A DNA stretch of 64,000 nucleotides from a virus (taxonomy: Duplodnaviria > Caudoviricetes). Each line of letters starts with the position of its first letter. The first letter of the stretch is position 1. The stretch is from IMG/VR virus record IMGVR_UViG_3300049573_000247, positions 32,001 to 96,000 of that record; one strand, given 5' to 3'. The notes beneath the pieces were generated by a model that had not been told where the DNA came from, did not search any database, and saw nothing but the letters and a program-made list of their open reading frames with translations. The position numbers and the translations under genes were made by a program. This document shows, in pieces, positions 1 to 9,499 of this stretch.

Positions 1-112
1 AGCCGAAGACTGCCGGAACGGCGTCTTTGCCGTACTTCTCTACGAGTTTCGCCACGGCGTCGGCTCCGACTTCAGCGGTCAGGGTGTGCTCGCCTCGCGT
101 AGGTCCGTTCAT
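1..112 (-). CDS. hypothetical protein, truncated by window edge
   Basis: ATG at 112 overlapping upstream TGA, SD GAGGA; reads MNGPTRGEHTLTAEVG... Confidence 0.6.
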   Translation of the reverse strand, partial: MNGPTRGEHTLTAEVGADAVAKLVEKYGKDAVPAVFG

Positions 113-303
113 GTGCTTTCCTCTTCTTCGTGGATGTTGAGCTGTTCGGTTTCTTTCTGCTTGCATGGAGCGCACACATTCCAGCGGAGCCCGTCGGTCG
201 GGTCAATAGCCAGGTCTTCTTCGCGGGTCTTCTTGGTGCAGTGCTCGCAGAGGACCCACAGCTGGCCGTCGTCGTCGAACCAAGACTTGAGGCGCGAGTC
301 CAC
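109..303 (-). CDS. small Zn-finger-like protein
   Basis: CEHC...CAPC; coupled to neighbours. Confidence 0.7.
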   Translation of the reverse strand: MDSRLKSWFDDDGQLWVLCEHCTKKTREEDLAIDPTDGLRWNVCAPCKQKETEQLNIHEEEEST

Positions 304-797
304 TACCAGCCCTCCGGGACCTGGAGTTTAGCGATGTTCGTGCGGTACCAGGGGCAGCCGTCCCAGCCGCAGAGGATCTGCGGCCGGTGCTCGGGACACC
401 CCTCGCGCTGGCGTTGCAGCGCCGCCAGCAGGCTCGGGTGCGCGGGTGTTGCCAGTCCGACGCTGCCGGTCTCCCCTTGGCCATTCCACGTGGAGCGGAC
501 CTCGTGACCCCACTGCTCGATCTGGGCCTGGAGCCTGGCGAGCTCGCCGGGCTCCAGGGGGTTGACGAGCGTCTGGTTGCCAAGCGGCCCCGTGTAGCGG
601 GGGTGGAAGACATCGACCACGACGACCGGCGAGCGGTGGAACCCCGAGGGGATGAACCGGTACCGACGCTCGTCCACCACGGGAGCGCTGACCCCGTGGT
701 GGTCTACGATGGATTCGTTGTCGGTCTGCTCGGTGCTGTACAGCCAGTCAAGACCGGCACGGAGCACATCCAATGCGGTTGCAGTCATTTCGATCAT
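303..797 (-). CDS. hypothetical protein
   Basis: SD GAGGAGG before ATG 797; high GC3. Confidence 0.75.
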   Translation of the reverse strand: MIEMTATALDVLRAGLDWLYSTEQTDNESIVDHHGVSAPVVDERRYRFIPSGFHRSPVVVVDVFHPRYTGPLGNQTLVNPLEPGELARLQAQIEQWGHEVRSTWNGQGETGSVGLATPAHPSLLAALQRQREGCPEHRPQILCGWDGCPWYRTNIAKLQVPEGW

Positions 798-847
798 GCT
801 GTGCTTTCCTCCTCGTTGTTCGCGGTTGCCTGCCGGTAGCTCGTGTC

Positions 848-1276
848 TCAGTCGCGGGCGAGGATCGGGGCGTAGGAAATGCCAAGGCTCCCACCGGCTC
901 GGATTGCTTCGGCGTAGGTCATGCCCCACAATTCGATGTCGCCGTATCCTGCATCCGAGGCGGCATCCCAGGCCTCCTCTTCAATCACGCCGCAGTCGAC
1001 CATGTCGGCAACGAACCGCTCGATGGAGACGCCATCCACGCAGGCCGCGACGCGCTCCCGGATTTCTTCTTCAGTGGCGAGTCGATGGCGTTTCCCCGGT
1101 TTTTCCTGCACCGTCATGAGCTGGTTTATGGTGATGAACTGGAGTGCGGCCCCGTGGAGTTCCCTGATGGCGCTGCTGCGGGCCGACCGCGTGAGGTCGG
1201 CGTCGCCTTTGACGGCTTGCAGGCGGTCGCGAAGGTATTCGAGGTATTGGCCGTAAGGTGATTTCAGGGTTGGCAT
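848..1276 (-). CDS. hypothetical protein
   Basis: ORF MPTLKSPYGQ..., protein-like composition. Confidence 0.7.
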   Translation of the reverse strand: MPTLKSPYGQYLEYLRDRLQAVKGDADLTRSARSSAIRELHGAALQFITINQLMTVQEKPGKRHRLATEEEIRERVAACVDGVSIERFVADMVDCGVIEEEAWDAASDAGYGDIELWGMTYAEAIRAGGSLGISYAPILARD

Positions 1277-1397
1277 TCGGGAGTTCCGTTCGATATGGCT
1301 TGCGGGTTCCACCAGGGGTCAGACGGCAGCAGCGCTCGCAAGACGGTAGTGAGGTCCACTCTATTATGGGTTCGTATCCGTGACTGAAGGAGTCGCC

Positions 1398-1670
1398 ATG
1401 CCAATCCCATCCTCCCCCGAGGAGCACCCGAAGCCCTGGTACCGGCGCCCGTGGGTCATTGCGCTCGCCGCCGTTGTCGCCGCCGTCGCCATCGCGTGCG
1501 CCATGGGCGACGACGATGATGATGATGACGATGACGATGACGATGACGGGATCTCGGAGCGGTTCGAGGATGACGAGGCCGATGACGACGAGGGGTTGGG
1601 CAACGACGGCGCCCTGTTCGCGGTCGTTACGATCGTCGACAGCGGGTCTTGGAAGATCACCGCCCCGTAG
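1398..1670 (+). CDS. small membrane protein with poly-Asp tract
   Basis: SD GAAGGAG; KPWYRRPW + hydrophobic helix + 13 consecutive Asp. Confidence 0.75.
   Translation: MPIPSSPEEHPKPWYRRPWVIALAAVVAAVAIACAMGDDDDDDDDDDDDDGISERFEDDEADDDEGLGNDGALFAVVTIVDSGSWKITAP
1509..1547 (+). repeat. GAY trinucleotide repeat x13 (poly-Asp)
   Basis: gacgacgatgatgatgatgacgatgac... read directly. Confidence 0.9.
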
Positions 1671-1724
1671 GGGTGAAGGCTCGTGGTTGCCGGGGGTGGG
1701 CGCATGCCCCCGGCAGCACCTTGT

Positions 1725-2144
1725 TCAGTGGTCGTCGGCGCCAGAATCGGTAAGACGATCCGCCAGCTCATCACGCTCAGCCATTGCCGCTTTTGCGATG
1801 TCGGCCAGGGCGAATGCTGCCGTGAGAGCGTTGTCGTGATGGTTCTCCAGCTCATCGGCCGCCTCGTCGCGCCAGGCGCGGTACTGCTCGCGCTCGGCCG
1901 CGCACCGCTCAGCGAACTTCCGGGTGGCCACCAGCTGTTCTTCGAGCCGGTCGACATGGGCGATGAGTGCACGCCGGTCGGCGTCGGCCATGAGGTGGTC
2001 GTATCCGAGGGCGGTCCGTGAAGGGATGGGCCGGATCGCGTTGGCATCGCGCATGCGGATGGCGTCCATCTGAGTGCGGGTGAGATCGTCGGCGCCAGGG
2101 GCCCAGATCAGGTCCCGGTTGATCAGGTGCTCTTCTTCGTCCAT
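1725..2144 (-). CDS. coiled-coil hypothetical protein
   Basis: SD GAAGGG; DRRALIAHVDRLEEQL heptads. Confidence 0.7.
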   Translation of the reverse strand: MDEEEHLINRDLIWAPGADDLTRTQMDAIRMRDANAIRPIPSRTALGYDHLMADADRRALIAHVDRLEEQLVATRKFAERCAAEREQYRAWRDEAADELENHHDNALTAAFALADIAKAAMAERDELADRLTDSGADDH

Positions 2145-2164
2145 GGATTCGCGCCCTTCTCGTC

Positions 2165-2731
2165 CTATTCGGTGCTCTCGCGCCAGGGGGCGGTATGGCT
2201 GACACCGAAGTTTGGGAGGTCGCCCCGTTTGAGGGTATGCTCCCAAACCTCGACGAACTCGCTGTAGGCCACATCGAATGCCTCGTACCGGTGCTCGGTG
2301 GTGATCTTCATGGCCAGGTACAGCCACCCCTGAGGCGGCTGCTTGCAGCGGATGAGGTTCGGCATCGCCTGCCGCAGCGTCTGCTCCTCGTCTGCCGTGA
2401 GAGGGGCCGTGGGGACCTCGATCTCGACGTACCACTGCTGCAGCGGGTAGCGCTGGCGGAAGCGGTCGACGCGCGCTTGGACGTAGTCGCGCTGCTCGCA
2501 GGCGACGGTGAACGTCCGTTCCGCACCCAGCCGTTCGGGGTCGTAGGGTCGGTCAGCCTCCATGAATCCTTCTTGTTCCATCCGTTCGAGCGACGCCTGC
2601 ACGTTGGCGCGCAGCAGATGCAGCGCCCGCGCGATCGACATCGGTGTGCGCGGGACGTCGCTGGCCAGCAGGAACTCCGCGATCAAGACGCGCTCGCGGC
2701 TCCAGATGAACGAGGGTCGTCGTAGTGCCAT
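2165..2731 (-). CDS. winged-HTH domain protein
   Basis: TPMSIARALHLLRANVQASLERMEQEGF wHTH pattern. Confidence 0.65.
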   Translation of the reverse strand: MALRRPSFIWSRERVLIAEFLLASDVPRTPMSIARALHLLRANVQASLERMEQEGFMEADRPYDPERLGAERTFTVACEQRDYVQARVDRFRQRYPLQQWYVEIEVPTAPLTADEEQTLRQAMPNLIRCKQPPQGWLYLAMKITTEHRYEAFDVAYSEFVEVWEHTLKRGDLPNFGVSHTAPWRESTE

Positions 2732-3186
2732 CAGGGTGCCTTCGGGTGGGTGGGGTCGAGCAGGTCCAGCAGGGCGGTGACGCGGCCCCTGGCCGCCCAG
2801 ATGCGCTCGTCGCACCGGTCGGGAGGGCCGTTGGTGTCGGCTGCGGCGAGGAACTCGCGCTGCTGCAATCCGTCGGGCCCTCTCTCGTACATCAGGCCCT
2901 CGGTGTCGCGAGCGCAGCTCTTGAGATCGGCACGGATGGCCTTGAGTTCGGCGATCACGTACGCGGTGGACGGGGTGGTGTCGGGGGCATCAGCCGGTGT
3001 TTCGGGTTCGGGGTGCTCGACGCTGGTGATGTGTCCGCATCCTCGGCATTGGAATCCGATGTAGGTCGGATCGTCGCCCCGGTCGTAGCCGGGGTTCCAG
3101 TCGTCCTGGCCGCATTGGTCGCATTCGCCGGGTGCGAGGGCGCCTTCGCGGTGCAGGTTGAGGAGGTGCTGGTTAGCTCTGGTCAT
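2731..3186 (-). CDS. Zn-ribbon hypothetical protein
   Basis: CDQC...CRGC. Confidence 0.7.
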   Translation of the reverse strand: MTRANQHLLNLHREGALAPGECDQCGQDDWNPGYDRGDDPTYIGFQCRGCGHITSVEHPEPETPADAPDTTPSTAYVIAELKAIRADLKSCARDTEGLMYERGPDGLQQREFLAAADTNGPPDRCDERIWAARGRVTALLDLLDPTHPKAP

Positions 3187-3475
3187 GTGATCGTTCCTGT
3201 TCGGGGCAGAGACCGAGACCTTCCCGGTGGGCCATTTCGGGAACCAGCTGAGTCAGTTGCTGGAGGGCGCGGCCGATGATGCGGTAGTCGCTCTCGGCGG
3301 TGAGCAGGTCCACGAGCGGCCGGTACAGATCGTAGGGGTGCAGGACGGGCGCCTCGGGGTGCTCGCTTCGGTCCTGCAGGGGCCACAGCAGATGGTGGGT
3401 CTGCATCAAGGTCAACGGCGTCGAGTACGCCAGATCCTTGCCCAGGTCGTCCCACCCGTATTCGTTGCGGTTCAC
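3173..3475 (-). CDS. hypothetical protein
   Basis: GTG overlapping upstream stop. Confidence 0.65.
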   Translation of the reverse strand: MNRNEYGWDDLGKDLAYSTPLTLMQTHHLLWPLQDRSEHPEAPVLHPYDLYRPLVDLLTAESDYRIIGRALQQLTQLVPEMAHREGLGLCPEQERSHDQS

Positions 3476-4251
3476 GACACCTGCGACTCTCGGGCAGCGG
3501 TCGTGTCCAGCGCTCCGAGCAGCTGCTTGACGGCTGCCTCGATGTCGCGGATCTGCCGGTGCAGCAGCTCGTGGTCGGCGTCGCCGATGGTGCCTTCGCG
3601 GATGATGCCCTCCAGCGCCCACTGCACCGGCTGAGCCAGGTCCCGCAGCCGATCCAGCTTGTCGACCGTCTCCCCTTCCTCAGCCTCCCAGATCTGCGCA
3701 AAGCCCTCGGCGACGCGCCCGTCGAAGTGCTCGTTGAGCATGTACGCCGAACCCGTCAGGTCCCCGGTGATCGTCGCCAGTGCGAATCCCTGCTCTTCGG
3801 CCGCCCAGGGGTTGATGAGGTCGGCGCCGATGACGTGGGTGAGGTTGGTGTCGTCCAGGAGGGCGCTGAAGATGCTGAGGCGGGTGGCTTCCTCCCGCAG
3901 CCATGCGTCTTCGCGTTGGCGCTTTTCGGTGATGAGGGTGTAGGTGATGCCGGGTCCGCAGTGGGCTTCGAGGTCTTCGAGGAAGCCTTCTTCGGGCGGC
4001 GGGCAGCCGATGACGTTGATGACGACGTGTGCGCCCGGCTGCGGTGAGAGCACGCTGGCGAGGCCGTAGCCGCCCTCGCAAGTGGGTGTGAGGTCTTGCT
4101 TGTGGACGTGGTGGATGACCTGCTGGCCCGTGTCGGGCGAGTGGAAGCGGGTGGTGGTGCCGTACCGGGATTGGTAGGCGGGTTCGGGGTGGAGCTCGAA
4201 GAAGTCGGGGCGGATGTCGGGCATGGAAGCGGCGTCGGGGGTGATCGGCAT
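3472..4251 (-). CDS. hypothetical protein
   Basis: 259 aa ORF, high GC3. Confidence 0.75.
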   Translation of the reverse strand: MPITPDAASMPDIRPDFFELHPEPAYQSRYGTTTRFHSPDTGQQVIHHVHKQDLTPTCEGGYGLASVLSPQPGAHVVINVIGCPPPEEGFLEDLEAHCGPGITYTLITEKRQREDAWLREEATRLSIFSALLDDTNLTHVIGADLINPWAAEEQGFALATITGDLTGSAYMLNEHFDGRVAEGFAQIWEAEEGETVDKLDRLRDLAQPVQWALEGIIREGTIGDADHELLHRQIRDIEAAVKQLLGALDTTAARESQVS

Positions 4252-4317
4252 GATAGCTCTCTCTCAGTGGTGGATGGAGGTGTCGGTCGGGGGGATGGTG
4301 GAGTTAGGTCGTGACGG

Positions 4318-4587
4318 TCACCGGGGCCCTTCCTGCGGCGCCCGGTAGCGGACGCGGGCCGGATAGCCGTTGCCCCCGGAGACGAGCCAGCCTTCGGCGA
4401 TGAGCGCTTTGATGACACGCCCGACGGTGGCGGTACTGACTCCCAGTTGAGCGCCCAGGGTGCTGGCGGCCGGAATCGCCTCACCAGGGGCGTACATGCC
4501 CTCGCCTTCCTGCAGGCGCTCCAGGAGGGTGTCGTATGCCTTCTGGAACTGCGCAGCGGTGCGAACAGGCTTCAAGTGGCGCGGCAT
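4318..4587 (-). CDS. GntR-family wHTH regulator (DNA-binding domain only)
   Basis: YAPGEAIPAASTLGAQLGVSTATVGRVIKALIAEGWL matches GntR HTH. Confidence 0.85.
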   Translation of the reverse strand: MPRHLKPVRTAAQFQKAYDTLLERLQEGEGMYAPGEAIPAASTLGAQLGVSTATVGRVIKALIAEGWLVSGGNGYPARVRYRAPQEGPR

Positions 4588-4605
4588 GATAGGTCTCCTC
4601 ACATT

Positions 4606-5064
4606 CTATCCTCGGACGGTGCAGCGGCATTGGCCCTCGCACCCGCAATCGGATGCGGGCAGCGACAGGTCATACCGCAGAAAATCCATGTAGTGCGCAG
4701 GAAGGGCACCCCAGCCGGTGAGCGGCGCGATGCCTTCGTTCACCCTGGCAGAGGCCAGGATAGTCGGACTGGCCAGGTCAGCCATTATCGCCAGCAGCTC
4801 CCGCGCCTTCTTCCGCGCGGGAACCAGCCCGTGCACGGTGAACACGAGCCCGACAGTGCGGCCGTGCCAGATGAACCAGCGGCGGCGCAGCCGCACCGTG
4901 CACGGTCGGTGCCGGTCGTGGTCGACCGGGTCCTCGCCGCGTCGGATACGCCGGTGGTCGTCGAACAGCTCCTTCCATGGGCGCCTCCAGTAGGAGACCA
5001 CCACGACATAGTCGGGTATGTCGTCATGCCAGTAGGTGTCGGTGAACCGCCATGGGACGCTCAC
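4606..5064 (-). CDS. hypothetical protein
   Basis: 152 aa ORF with SD GGAG. Confidence 0.6.
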   Translation of the reverse strand: MSVPWRFTDTYWHDDIPDYVVVVSYWRRPWKELFDDHRRIRRGEDPVDHDRHRPCTVRLRRRWFIWHGRTVGLVFTVHGLVPARKKARELLAIMADLASPTILASARVNEGIAPLTGWGALPAHYMDFLRYDLSLPASDCGCEGQCRCTVRG

Positions 5065-5091
5065 GTGCCAGGCTCCGTTTCGATGTTCGCA

Positions 5092-5120
5092 GGGCCGCCC
5101 AGCGCCGCGCTGGGCGGCCC
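5092..5120 (-). terminator. GC-rich hairpin after rtcB
   Basis: gggccgcccagcg-ccg-cgctgggcggccc perfect stem. Confidence 0.6.
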
Positions 5121-5128
5121 GGTGGGGA

Positions 5129-6298
5129 CTACTCCCCCTTGACGTTGACGATCTGGCGCAGTTTGTGCACTACGCTCACGAGGTCGGCCGCGTCTTCCAT
5201 GATCTGGTCGATCGGCTTGTACGCGTCGGGGATCTCGTCCAGGAACGCCGCGCTGTCACGCCATTCGATGCCGATCATGCGCTCACGCAGCTGCTCGTGG
5301 GTGAACGCGGCTTTCGCCTTCGTCCGCGAGTAGTTGCGGCCCGCGCCGTGGGGGCTGGAGTTGAACGCGACCGCGTTCCCCTTGCCTTCCACGACGTAAG
5401 AGGCAGTGCCCATCGAGCCGGGGATGAGTCCCATGCGGCCCGCCTCGGCGTTGATGGCGCCCTTGCGGGTGACCCACAACTGCTTGCCCCAGTGCTGCTC
5501 CTTGGCGGTGTAGTTGTGGTGGCAGTTGATCTCCTGGTCCACCACGATCTCGGAGTCGCTCCACGCCTCGAACGCGGTGATCATGCGGCGCATCATCTCC
5601 ACGCGGTTCTGTTCGGCGAAATCCTGGGCCCACATCATTTCGCGGATGTAGTCCCAGAACTCGGGCGTCCCCTCGGCGAGGTAGGCGAGATCCTTGTCGG
5701 GCAGGTCGATCCACCACTGCTCGCACAGTCGCTGTGCGACCTTGATGTGGTGCTGGGCGATGCGGTTGCCGATGCCTCGGCTGCCCGAATGCAGGAACAA
5801 CCAGACAAACCCTTCCTCGTCTACGCAAAGCTCACAGAAGTGGTTGCCCGATCCTAGGGAACCGAGGTGCATCTGCCAGTTCCCCAGGTAGGAGGAGGGC
5901 GTGAAGCGGGCCGTGACGGCCTTGGCTTCGAGGTACTCGATCGCCTGCTCGGCCGTCTCGGTCAGGTGCGTGTTGATGCCGCCCTTCCCCAACGGGATGG
6001 CCTGCTCGATGGCCTGGCGCACCACCGACAGATCCAGGTGGGCGATCTGGTCGATGTGGTGGCGGGTGCGGACGGCGGCCATGCCGCAGCCGATGTCGAC
6101 GCCGACGGCGGCGGGGATGATCGCGCCGTCGGTGGGGATGACGCTCCCGACGGTGGCGCCCTTGCCGTGGTGGGCGTCGGGCATGACCGCCATGTGCGGC
6201 CACACGAACGGCATCGACGCCGTCCGCTCGACCTGCTCGCGGGCGCCCTCTTCAAGGATCGACGCCCAGCTCTTCGCCTTGTCAGTGAGTTCTTCCAT
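5129..6298 (-). CDS. rtcB: RtcB RNA 2',3'-cyclic phosphate/5'-OH ligase
   Basis: MPDAHHGKG, AVGVDIGCG, GSLGSGNHF, LHSGSRG, HHNY, IPGSMG, SSPHGAGR, DEIPDAYK motifs. Confidence 0.97.
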   Translation of the reverse strand: MEELTDKAKSWASILEEGAREQVERTASMPFVWPHMAVMPDAHHGKGATVGSVIPTDGAIIPAAVGVDIGCGMAAVRTRHHIDQIAHLDLSVVRQAIEQAIPLGKGGINTHLTETAEQAIEYLEAKAVTARFTPSSYLGNWQMHLGSLGSGNHFCELCVDEEGFVWLFLHSGSRGIGNRIAQHHIKVAQRLCEQWWIDLPDKDLAYLAEGTPEFWDYIREMMWAQDFAEQNRVEMMRRMITAFEAWSDSEIVVDQEINCHHNYTAKEQHWGKQLWVTRKGAINAEAGRMGLIPGSMGTASYVVEGKGNAVAFNSSPHGAGRNYSRTKAKAAFTHEQLRERMIGIEWRDSAAFLDEIPDAYKPIDQIMEDAADLVSVVHKLRQIVNVKGE

Positions 6299-6321
6299 TA
6301 GGTTCCTTTCGATCGTGCCGG

Positions 6322-6630
6322 TCAGTCGTTGTCGTCGCCGTCGGTGTAAGCGTCACCGACCTTGAGCTTGTCCCAGTCGGCCTTGGGGACGCAGTCGGAG
6401 TACTCGTAGGTGTCGTCTTCGAAGACGACGAGGTAGCAGTCCTCCTCGACGTCGGCGGTGCAGCTGGGGCCGTCGGAGTCGACGACGCAGTCGGTCTCGA
6501 TCCAGCCGTCGGGGTGGTGCTCCAGGCGGGTGATCTCGCCGGTGGCCTCCTTGGGGCCGCTGATCCCGCATGCCCCGAGGGCGAGCATGGCAGTGCCGTA
6601 GGCGGCGATGGCAGTGGCTTTCGTTTTCAT
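6322..6630 (-). CDS. lipoprotein
   Basis: signal peptide with lipobox LGAC; paralog of 18558-19016. Confidence 0.8.
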   Translation of the reverse strand: MKTKATAIAAYGTAMLALGACGISGPKEATGEITRLEHHPDGWIETDCVVDSDGPSCTADVEEDCYLVVFEDDTYEYSDCVPKADWDKLKVGDAYTDGDDND

Positions 6631-6657
6631 CGGGTTCCGTTCGCTAGTCGTGTTTGG

Positions 6658-7269
6658 TTACTGCAGCTCGTCGCAACGCTTGAGCCACAGGGATTCGAAG
6701 GCGTCGAACTGCTCAGCGGTGATCTGCCCGGCGTCGTGGGCGACGTCGGCGCGGAACATCGCCTGGTCGAGTTCGACGCGCGTCGCGCTGTCGGCGAACT
6801 CCTGCTGGATCTGCGCCAGCGTGGCCCCCGCCGGGATCTGCGCGAGGGCTTCGGCCCACGATCGGCGCTTTTCGACCAGGAAGAACCAGACCCGGAAGTC
6901 GCGGTGGTCGATCCACCAGGACGCCTCCCGGGACTGGGCCAGTATCCCCATCACGGCCGCCTGCTCCAACTCCGGCGTGGACACGTACGCGTCCCTCACC
7001 CGGGCAGTGACAACGTCGACCGCGTCAGCGCGGATCGCGTGCGCCCATGCCACCTGCCGCTTCGATCCCTGCAACGGGGGCCAGCCTTCGGCTGCCGACC
7101 GCTCGGCCGCCAGCCGGTTGCGTTCGTCGTTCGCCTGCCGCAGGCAGTCGGAGCACGGGCGCTCACCGAGCCCGTCGGCCTTGCGTTCGCGCTCGCCGTT
7201 GACGTTGGTGCCGTAGATCTGCTGCTGGCGGGTGTGGCCGCAGGAGTGGTGAATGTCGTACCAGACCAT
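6658..7269 (-). CDS. conserved phage protein, Zn-binding N-terminus
   Basis: HSCGH...PCSDC...LQGSKRQVAWAHAIR. Confidence 0.75.
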   Translation of the reverse strand: MVWYDIHHSCGHTRQQQIYGTNVNGERERKADGLGERPCSDCLRQANDERNRLAAERSAAEGWPPLQGSKRQVAWAHAIRADAVDVVTARVRDAYVSTPELEQAAVMGILAQSREASWWIDHRDFRVWFFLVEKRRSWAEALAQIPAGATLAQIQQEFADSATRVELDQAMFRADVAHDAGQITAEQFDAFESLWLKRCDELQ

Positions 7270-7344
7270 GGTTGCCTCTCGGGAGGTGCGGGGATCAGTT
7301 GAAGGGGCCGACACGATCGGCTTTGCGGCGCTGGAAGGTGGATC

Positions 7345-8496
7345 TCAGGCACTGTCTCCGGGGGTGGCGTCGGGCTCGCGGGCGATGGTGACGGTTTCGA
7401 CCTTGGGCTTGGGCGGTTTGCCTTCGCCTTTGGTGTACTGCTTGATGAAGACGCGCTTAACCACGTTGCCGTCGGCATCGCGGTAGCGGCGCCAGTGGCC
7501 CGGCTGCCACACCAGTTCGCCGTGTTCGTCCGGCGCCCAGTCCCAGGTGTGACCCACCTTGAACTCCCAGTTGATGGTGCGCTCGGTCGGTTCACCAGAA
7601 GCACGCTGAGGCGCCGGGGGGTCTTCGACTTCCAGCTCCAGCGTGCGCACCGGCGGGAAGTACCAGCGCTTCACACCGGCCGATTTGGCCTTGCGCTGGA
7701 CTTCGCGTGGGATCGGTTCGGCCCTGCCTTCGGCCGCCCGCGCGAGCGCGACGCGCAGGAAGTCTCCGAGCGTGCGTCCCTCTTCGTCAAGCGGCGCTTC
7801 CAGCTCGTCGATCAGTGTCGGCGGCCACATCAGGGTCTGCTGGCGCATGTGGGCGATCTGCTTCAACGCGCCTGCCGGGTCGACCGGTTCGTTCTTGGCA
7901 TCGCGCATCTCGAACAGGTATCGGGTGTTGGGGTTGGAGTACAACTGCTCCTGGTCGATGAGGCGCGAGTAAGCGGTGTAGCCGTGGAAGGGCGTGCCGT
8001 CGGTCAGGACGTCCTCGAAGGGCATTCCCTGCGATTCGTACCTGACCACGATGGACACGGGTCGGGAGACGACCTCGCCGGTGGCACGGTTGACGACGTC
8101 GAGGAAACGGGGTCGCTCGAACCCGAAGATCGTGTCTGTCGGCAACGGGGGCAGCTGCTCCAGCTGCTCCTTGCTCATCCTTTCCCACGCATGCTCACTG
8201 CGGTTGAGGAGGTCGTGTTTGAACATCAGCAGGTCGCATGCCTGCATGCGTTCGCGCATGTAGTCCGCCCAGGCGATCATCTGCTCGGGGCTGACGGCGT
8301 CGGCGTCTTCGCCGAAGAGGCTGAACAGGATCGAGCGCAGCAGTCCCGCGTTGATGCCCAAAGCGCTCTTGCACATCAGGGCCCGTTCGCGTGCGAACGC
8401 CGTCGGACCCATGGTCGTGAAGTACTGAAAGTAGTCGGCGCTAGTGGGGTCCACACTGACGTGTGGTACCTCAGGGCGCGCGGGATCGGCGTTCAT
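7345..8496 (-). CDS. hypothetical protein with C-terminal GHWR motif
   Basis: SD AAGGAG; PGHWRRY...FIKQYTKG. Confidence 0.75.
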   Translation of the reverse strand: MNADPARPEVPHVSVDPTSADYFQYFTTMGPTAFARERALMCKSALGINAGLLRSILFSLFGEDADAVSPEQMIAWADYMRERMQACDLLMFKHDLLNRSEHAWERMSKEQLEQLPPLPTDTIFGFERPRFLDVVNRATGEVVSRPVSIVVRYESQGMPFEDVLTDGTPFHGYTAYSRLIDQEQLYSNPNTRYLFEMRDAKNEPVDPAGALKQIAHMRQQTLMWPPTLIDELEAPLDEEGRTLGDFLRVALARAAEGRAEPIPREVQRKAKSAGVKRWYFPPVRTLELEVEDPPAPQRASGEPTERTINWEFKVGHTWDWAPDEHGELVWQPGHWRRYRDADGNVVKRVFIKQYTKGEGKPPKPKVETVTIAREPDATPGDSA

Positions 8497-8623
8497 GGGG
8501 TGCACTCCTTCTTGCGTCGAGGCGACGCGGATCAGCTCTTAGGGTGGTTGTTGCTGTCGCTTATAGGTGGCCACGAGCGTCGAACTCACGGGCTGAGGCC
8601 ATGTCCGTGGCCACACGATGTGG

Positions 8624-9499
8624 TCAGTGTTCGGGCGCGACCGGGATGAAGGACGCCCCTAGGTCGGGGAAGTAATGCTGCACCAGTGGTGCCGCGACGT
8701 CGGGGTCGAGCGCGCGGACCTGCTCGTTGATCTTGTCGCCGTCCCAGATGCTCCATGGGGTCCCTGCGGCGCGCGCTTTGACGGTTTCGCTCATTGAGGT
8801 GGCCACGAGCAGCAGGCAGATGTCTGCGTCAACATGGGCGGTTTCGCGCATCACCCGTTCGAAGCTCGTCGGGTGGAACTTGCGGAGACGTTCGCATTTC
8901 ACGGCGACCCGCTCACCGCCGGGCAATACCAGGCGCACGTCAACAGAGGTACGCTGCCGCTGCTGGCGCGGCTCGTGGTCGATGATCGCTCCGGGATGGC
9001 AGGCGCGCAGCAGACTCGCTGCGAAGTTGACGAAGTCGCTCTGCTCCAATTGCATCAACGGCAAGCGTCTCGGCGGCGGCAACGTTGCAGCCTCATGCGT
9101 CTCCTCGGGTGATGTGGGTGCAGCGACGGAGGTGAACCCCAGTGCTTGCCGCACACGTTCGAGGTCGGCGCCCTGTGCGGTGGTGCGGCCTCGCTCCCAC
9201 CCGCTGACGGCCTGCTGTCCGACGCCGACCACGTCGGCGAGATCCTGCTGGGACCATCCCAGCTGGCGGCGGGCGTCCTGGATCTGGGTGCCGAAAGTGT
9301 CCAGAGAAAGTACGCGGTTCCAGGGATGGCACCCGCAGATGCAGCGGGTACCGCAGAACTTGCATTCGGCTGGCCGCTTGGACCCGGCGTGGCCGGTGTC
9401 GCCTTGGCAGTACTCGTGGCCGGTGCGACCATCCGGAAGCATCATGTCGCCGTGCAGGCAGCCGGTGGACAGGTACTCGTGCTCGATATGGCCTGTCAT
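8624..9499 (-). CDS. Cys/His-rich domain + XRE HTH + degenerate Mrr-like PD-(D/E)XK domain
   Basis: CKFC..CICGCH; IQDARRQLGWSQQDLADVVGVGQQAVSGWERG; VDVR..VAVKCE..IWDGDKI. Confidence 0.8.
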   Translation of the reverse strand: MTGHIEHEYLSTGCLHGDMMLPDGRTGHEYCQGDTGHAGSKRPAECKFCGTRCICGCHPWNRVLSLDTFGTQIQDARRQLGWSQQDLADVVGVGQQAVSGWERGRTTAQGADLERVRQALGFTSVAAPTSPEETHEAATLPPPRRLPLMQLEQSDFVNFAASLLRACHPGAIIDHEPRQQRQRTSVDVRLVLPGGERVAVKCERLRKFHPTSFERVMRETAHVDADICLLLVATSMSETVKARAAGTPWSIWDGDKINEQVRALDPDVAAPLVQHYFPDLGASFIPVAPEH

